From an uncultured bacterium (GTDB lineage Bacteria > SAR324 > NAC60-12): 62,729 bases of DNA. The notes under the pieces are model-generated. The model was not told the DNA's origin, made no database searches, and was given only the letters and a program-made list of their open reading frames with translations. The stretch covers positions 1 to 62,729 of the forward strand of contig CAXGMD010000009.1 of assembly GCA_964010765.1 (NCBI GenBank), read 5' to 3'. Below, piece by piece: positions 57,976 through 62,729 of this stretch. The stretch's first letter is position 1. Each line of letters opens with the position of its first letter. Position numbers and translations under genes: made by a program.

Positions 57976-59106
57976 GTGCAAAAATTTCTGAACTTTTTGA
58001 TTATTTTTTTTGTTTCAAGTGTCCTGAATGGAGTCCTCGCATCAGAACAAATTGTTATTACGGCGGATCGACTGAATGTGCGTGATGGAGTTTGGGGTAA
58101 AAAACTCGGAAAAGTCTTTGAGGGCCAACAGTTTGAAGTCAGGCAGAAAAAAGAGGGGTGGGGTAAGATCGAATATGAGTTAGGAAAGCTCGGCTGGATT
58201 TCATTGGATTATGCCAGGCCAGCTTTGCAAACCACCTCAATGAATAATGTTTCTCTTAGTCAGTTCTGTTCAAAAGTGGATACGGAATTCAAAAAACTGG
58301 GTTGGAAAGATCTACGATGTAACGCTGATGATTGGCAGGCCACATGGCATTCAGAAAAAGGGCAACCTCTAATCTACAAAGTTTTTGGGGACGAAAGCTC
58401 CTCACATACAACTTTGTTGCTGTGTTCTGTTCATTCTGACGAAGATACGACCTATCATTGCTTCCGCTATGTGGAGCTGCTGCGTTCAAACCAAAAATTG
58501 ATTCAACATCGACTTGTCTTGATACCACTGCTCAACCCAGATGGTTTTTTTTCCCAACCCAGAACGCGAACAAATGCAAACGGAGTGGACTTGAATCGTA
58601 ATCTTCCTACGAAAGATTGGGCTGCGCTGGCCCATAGACAATGGAAGTGGTCGTACAAAAAAAATCCGCGCTACAACCCTGGCAAATCAGCGGGCTCAGA
58701 GAAAGAAAATCAATTTCTTGTCAGCTTAATACTCGAATACAAACCAGATAAAATTGTTTCCCTGCATTCTCCATTGGATTTCATAGATCTGGATTACATG
58801 GACAAGCGGGAGGGAGATAAAGAATTGCTGGCTGTAAGAAAACGGGCCTGGTTTCAGGCACAGAGTTTTGCAAAGCAGAGTGGAACTTCATTCCGCGACT
58901 ATCGAACTTTTCCAGGGAGCCTTGGCAGATTTGGGGATGAGTGGAAGATTCCGATCTACACATTGGAATTTCCAGAGAAGCCCGGAAATCAAGCAGCTAA
59001 AGAATTCGAACGTTTCAAATCAGCGATGCTGGAACTGTTCAATACCAACCTGAGCACTCAGCCAACAGCACTGAACAACGAACAAGACAAAGATCAGTTG
59101 TTGTAA
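57976..59106 (+). CDS. Exported SH3b-domain M14 zinc carboxypeptidase (MpaA-like murein peptide amidase)
   Basis: Signal peptide; SH3b ITADRLNVR...WGKIEY..GWIS; M14 motifs HSDE, LNPDG, RTNANGVDLNRN, SLHS, PGSLG, TLE. Confidence 0.85.
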   Translation: MQKFLNFLIIFFVSSVLNGVLASEQIVITADRLNVRDGVWGKKLGKVFEGQQFEVRQKKEGWGKIEYELGKLGWISLDYARPALQTTSMNNVSLSQFCSKVDTEFKKLGWKDLRCNADDWQATWHSEKGQPLIYKVFGDESSSHTTLLLCSVHSDEDTTYHCFRYVELLRSNQKLIQHRLVLIPLLNPDGFFSQPRTRTNANGVDLNRNLPTKDWAALAHRQWKWSYKKNPRYNPGKSAGSEKENQFLVSLILEYKPDKIVSLHSPLDFIDLDYMDKREGDKELLAVRKRAWFQAQSFAKQSGTSFRDYRTFPGSLGRFGDEWKIPIYTLEFPEKPGNQAAKEFERFKSAMLELFNTNLSTQPTALNNEQDKDQLL

Positions 59107-59108
59107 GG

Positions 59109-59420
59109 CTAGCCGTAGGCAGCTTCTTCCACAAACAATTCTAACTGGCCTTCAACCAAGTCTGTACGCCGGTAGAGTTCGCGGGTTAGCTTGCGAATCA
59201 ATCGAACATCCTCCCCATCCAGTTTCCCATCTCCAGTGACGTCTTGAAAAACATGGATGTTGTTGGCCAGTCCAGTGTGGTCATTATCAACCGCCAAAGC
59301 GACCGCTCTACCATTTGGGTCTACGAAAGAGATCATATCAATCTTTCCGTCCCCATTTGCGTCGATTAAATTGGCATAAACATAAACGCCATGTTTCCCT
59401 TCATTCTCTGCTTTACTCAT
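59109..59420 (-). CDS. Small protein with DxxGDG calcium-binding-like loops
   Basis: DANGDGKID and DVTGDGKLDGED motifs; convergent with the peptidase gene. Confidence 0.65.
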   Translation of the reverse strand: MSKAENEGKHGVYVYANLIDANGDGKIDMISFVDPNGRAVALAVDNDHTGLANNIHVFQDVTGDGKLDGEDVRLIRKLTRELYRRTDLVEGQLELFVEEAAYG

Positions 59421-59552
59421 GAAAGATCTTTTCTTAGGTCAAGGTTGGTAAACTCTGGTAAAAACTTTACTTTCTTTGCCCATACCTTAATTTAGCGCAA
59501 TTGCCATGCTAAAGCTGGCTGATTCAACGTTGAATGTTACAGGATAGTCACT

Positions 59553-61196
59553 ATGAAAGCATCTGATTTATTCGTCAAGGCTCTTGAAGCAGAGGGTGTA
59601 GAATATATTTTCGGGATTCCTGGAGAGGAAAACCTAGATTTTCTAGACTCCTTGAGGAACTCCAAAATTCGTTTGATCCTTACGCGGCATGAACAGGCTG
59701 CTGGGTTCATGGCAGCCACCTACGGCCGCTTGACTGGAAGAGCTGGCGTATGCCTGGCCACGCTTGGTCCTGGTGCAACCAATTTTGTAACTGCTGCCGC
59801 CTATGGCCAATTGGGTGCGCTGCCCATGCTGATGATCACGGGCCAAAAGCCAATCAAGACCAGTAAACAGGGAAAGTTTCAGATTGTCGACGTAGTAGAG
59901 ATGATGAAGCCTCTGACAAAGTACACTCAGCAGATTGTCGGAGGAGATAATATCCCTTCACGGGTTCACGAGGCTTTCCGTCTAGCAGAAGAAGAACGCC
60001 CTGGAGCGACGCACCTTGAGCTCCCAGAAGACATCGCCCGAGATGAGACAGATGCAGATCTTTTACCCAAAAGACACGTACGCAGACCGATTGCTGAGCA
60101 GAAATCAATTCACCAAGCCGTGGAAGCGTTGCAGAAGGCTAAACACCCACTTCTATTGATCGGTGCTGGGGCAAACCGTAAGCAAACTGCCAGAATGCTC
60201 CGGGATTTTGTCGATGAGTTTCAAATTCCCTTCTTCAGCACACAGATGGGCAAAGGGGTTCTGGATGAACGAGATCCACTCTTTTTGGGGAATGCCGCGC
60301 TCTCCGATGGAGACTTCCTGCATCGAGCGATTGCGCATTCTGACCTGATTCTCAATGTGGGACATGATGTGGTTGAGAAGCCACCTTTCTTCATGCACGT
60401 TGATGATGGCCGAACGGTCATTCATGTCAACTTCCGGACGGCGGAAGTAGATCCCGTTTACTTCCCTCAAGTCGAGGTAGTGGGAGATATTGCCAATAGC
60501 GTCTGGCAGATCAAGCAAGCCTTGACCGCACAGGAGCACTGGGACTTCAGCTACTTCCTACAAATTCGAGAAAAAGTGGAGGCTCATTTGTTGGAAGGTG
60601 CTGATGATCCACGTTTCCCGATTTACCCGCAGCGATTGGTTGCCGATATCCGTAAGGTGATGCCAGATGATGGAATTATCGCCTTGGATAACGGAGTCTA
60701 CAAGATCTGGTTTGCTCGCAACTACAGGGCACACCTGCCCAATACGGTGTTGCTTGATAACGCTTTGGCGACGATGGGAGCGGGTTTGCCATCAGCGTTG
60801 GCAGCACAGATTGTCTTTCCTGGAAGAAGAGTGATGGCCATTTGTGGGGATGGAGGATTCCTCATGAACTCTGCTGAGATGGAAACAGCAGTTCGCTTGA
60901 AGCTTAACCTGATTGTTCTAATTCTGAGGGATAATGCTTACGGGATGATCAAGTGGAAGCAGTCGAACATGGGCTTCCCAAATTGGGGCCTGGACTTCGG
61001 CAATCCGGATTTCGTGAAGTACGCTGAGAGTTATGGGGCTCATGGTCACAGAGTGGCCAGTGCCGAGGGCTTGGCCCCACTATTGGAGAAATGCTATCAG
61101 GCAGGGGGAGTGCATCTGGTGGAAGCACCAATGGACTACAGCGAAAACGACCAAATCCTCAACCACGAAATCAAGGAACTCAGCGCCAAGCTCTGA
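59553..61196 (+). CDS. Acetolactate synthase large-subunit-like ThDP enzyme
   Basis: YIFGIPGEEN, TRHEQAAGFMA, TLGPGATN, LDNALATMGAG, ThDP motif GDGGFLMN...RDNAYG. Confidence 0.92.
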   Translation: MKASDLFVKALEAEGVEYIFGIPGEENLDFLDSLRNSKIRLILTRHEQAAGFMAATYGRLTGRAGVCLATLGPGATNFVTAAAYGQLGALPMLMITGQKPIKTSKQGKFQIVDVVEMMKPLTKYTQQIVGGDNIPSRVHEAFRLAEEERPGATHLELPEDIARDETDADLLPKRHVRRPIAEQKSIHQAVEALQKAKHPLLLIGAGANRKQTARMLRDFVDEFQIPFFSTQMGKGVLDERDPLFLGNAALSDGDFLHRAIAHSDLILNVGHDVVEKPPFFMHVDDGRTVIHVNFRTAEVDPVYFPQVEVVGDIANSVWQIKQALTAQEHWDFSYFLQIREKVEAHLLEGADDPRFPIYPQRLVADIRKVMPDDGIIALDNGVYKIWFARNYRAHLPNTVLLDNALATMGAGLPSALAAQIVFPGRRVMAICGDGGFLMNSAEMETAVRLKLNLIVLILRDNAYGMIKWKQSNMGFPNWGLDFGNPDFVKYAESYGAHGHRVASAEGLAPLLEKCYQAGGVHLVEAPMDYSENDQILNHEIKELSAKL

Positions 61197-61208
61197 TCCC
61201 TTTCAGGC

Positions 61209-61619
61209 TCAATCTTGATCCTTTGAATCGACCGTACAGGTCGTGTCAATTCCTCCGCGAGTGGCGTAGGTCGTTCTGATCTGCAGCCACTCCGGATCTA
61301 GCAACTTCCAAAGATCCTCAAAGATTTTAGCAGTCACTGCTTCCTGAAAGATCCCAACGTTGCGAAAGCTGATGAAGTAGTATTTCAGCGATTTCAGCTC
61401 AACGAGTTTTGTTTTAGGGATGTATTCCACCCACACAATGCCCGTGTCCGGTAGGCCAGAAAAAGGGCAGACAGCTGCAAATTCCTTCAGTTCATAGCAG
61501 ACGCGCTGTCGGGGGCCCTCGTAGCGAAAGGTCTCCAACCAATCCTGACGAATTTTTGACTCATCATCCATTTGCAAGACAAGCCCTTCGGCGTAATTCG
61601 TGTTGAGCACATCAGCCAT
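61209..61619 (-). CDS. queF: NADPH-dependent preQ0 reductase (short, type I QueF)
   Basis: EFAAVCPFSGLPD (catalytic Cys/Asp), VELKSLKYYF QueF motif, TRGGI. Confidence 0.92.
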   Translation of the reverse strand: MADVLNTNYAEGLVLQMDDESKIRQDWLETFRYEGPRQRVCYELKEFAAVCPFSGLPDTGIVWVEYIPKTKLVELKSLKYYFISFRNVGIFQEAVTAKIFEDLWKLLDPEWLQIRTTYATRGGIDTTCTVDSKDQD

Positions 61620-62535
61620 TCCATCCCTTGGGAAAGGGATTCACAGTGATTTGGGCCTTCTCACGTAACTCAGCAATATAATCTTCAACCGCCTGTTGTC
61701 GAACTTGCTGAAAGGCTTGTTCTTCGAACTGCTTACGCTGTGATTCGTTCAGGGCGTTGCATTTCAACGCATCGGGTAGCACCTCTGATTGAACCATCAG
61801 CAGATGGGTTCCAAATTCAGTCTCCAGTGGATCACTCAATCGCCCAACTTCCAGCTGGAATGCCACCTTTTCAATCGCAGGCAATAATTCACCCTTACGG
61901 AACTGACCCAGCCTTCCGCCGTTTCTCTCAGCAGCAGGGTCGTCAGATAGAGCCTTGGCCATCTCTTCGAAGGCCATCCCTTTTTTAAACTGTTCCTGGA
62001 TGATCTTAATTCTTTCTGGGATTTCCTCACCTCGGAGCAGAATCTGGGCAAGCTCAATCTGCCGCAATTCTACCGTTTGCAGCTTGCAAAGCTTGGTAAT
62101 CTCCTCTTCACCAACCCGCACCTTGGTGTCCACCTCCCGGGCAAGTAATCGTTGGCGTCGGAAATCATCTGCAATCTGGTCTTGTAAAATCTTGTCGTTG
62201 ACGGTCCTCAGTTGAGGGTTTTGTTCCCGCAACAGGCCGATCCGTTCCTGAACCTCATCGGCAGAGGCATCAATCTTTAGGGTTTTTGCCCGTGAACGCA
62301 GCAGCAACTCTGCGATCAGTCGTTGCTCCACACGCTTGGAAATCTCTGCTTCGTCTAGTGTTTGGCCTTCCTGCAGGACTTGCTGGCGCAAGGCATTTCT
62401 GGCTTCTTCAGCCTCACTGAAGGTAAACACCTGCTGGTTGACGATCAGGTAGATTCCATCAACGATCAAAGGAGCTGCGCTGAGGGAGGAAAATCCAAGC
62501 ATGCAGCAGCTAAAAAGTCCAAAAAGTTTTTTCAT
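61612..62535 (-). CDS. SurA/PpiC-type peptidyl-prolyl isomerase
   Basis: Likely start ATG 62535 (MKKLFGLF.. signal peptide); VDGIYLIVNQQVFT SurA N-domain; parvulin LAQIL..FEEMAKALSDD...GGRLG...LETEFGTHL; YIAELREKAQI. Confidence 0.88.
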   Translation of the reverse strand: MKKLFGLFSCCMLGFSSLSAAPLIVDGIYLIVNQQVFTFSEAEEARNALRQQVLQEGQTLDEAEISKRVEQRLIAELLLRSRAKTLKIDASADEVQERIGLLREQNPQLRTVNDKILQDQIADDFRRQRLLAREVDTKVRVGEEEITKLCKLQTVELRQIELAQILLRGEEIPERIKIIQEQFKKGMAFEEMAKALSDDPAAERNGGRLGQFRKGELLPAIEKVAFQLEVGRLSDPLETEFGTHLLMVQSEVLPDALKCNALNESQRKQFEEQAFQQVRQQAVEDYIAELREKAQITVNPFPKGWNG

Positions 62536-62537
62536 GG

Positions 62538-62729
62538 TCAGTTGCGATAGTTCAGGTTGATCGAGCCATATAGTTTGGGTCGGTAGTCTTCCGCCAGTTG
62601 TTTCAGACGACGCCAAGGCAGCCTGGAGAGTTCTTTCAGTTTTTTGATGTTCCGACGCTGGAAAAGCCGATCAGCCAAGTAGAATTCAGTTGTCATTGGA
62701 TACTTGATCTTCTGGCTACCATAGCCCAC
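62538..62729 (-). CDS. C-terminal fragment of an unidentified CDS entering from the right edge
   Basis: Frame is open to the window end; its stop lies 2 nt before the PPIase ATG, which suggests operon coupling. Confidence 0.5.
   Translation of the reverse strand: MGYGSQKIKYPMTTEFYLADRLFQRRNIKKLKELSRLPWRRLKQLAEDYRPKLYGSINLNYRN

Noticed and set aside
61620..61700. preQ1 riboswitch upstream of queF
   Set aside because: The queF start overlaps the PPIase stop, so there is no leader, and no motif was seen
1..62729. tRNA/rRNA genes, CRISPR arrays, IS elements, prophage, known anti-phage systems
   Set aside because: No T-arm/cloverleaf signatures, repeat-spacer periodicity, transposase, phage structural genes or recognisable defence genes found by eye. 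tRNAscan-SE, Infernal and DefenseFinder would be needed to exclude them fully.

Overview
A gene-dense bacterial chromosome segment of about 45% GC. Gene content and style suggest a marine deltaproteobacterium such as SAR324, but that assignment is inference. Most of the window is housekeeping: lepA (partial), MoxR, tex, truA, trxA, pgk, an AddA/UvrD-type helicase-nuclease, gltBD, lhgO, ybeY, smc, an ABC-F protein, gyrA, pdxA, mnmG, hflC, folC, an acetolactate synthase-like enzyme, queF and a SurA-like PPIase. I found no tRNA, rRNA, CRISPR array, IS element or prophage. The most notable parts are: (1) a contiguous acs-thiolase-reductase-phaC cluster, i.e. a full acetate-to-PHB route, whose reductase is a FabG-like SDR with an NAD(H)-type signature rather than a canonical PhaB; (2) a CbbR-type regulator divergent from an alphaproteobacterial-type pgk, with no RuBisCO/PRK genes in the window; (3) an MBL-hydrolase/cNMP-binding protein translationally coupled to a tyrosine recombinase, followed by a J-domain/HEAT/MshEN-like protein; (4) a small accessory stretch at 10.7-13.6 kb with a tandem GGCT fusion and a frameshifted membrane gene; (5) a candidate structured 5' leader of gltB. 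All family calls come from recognising motifs by eye; no database searches were run.
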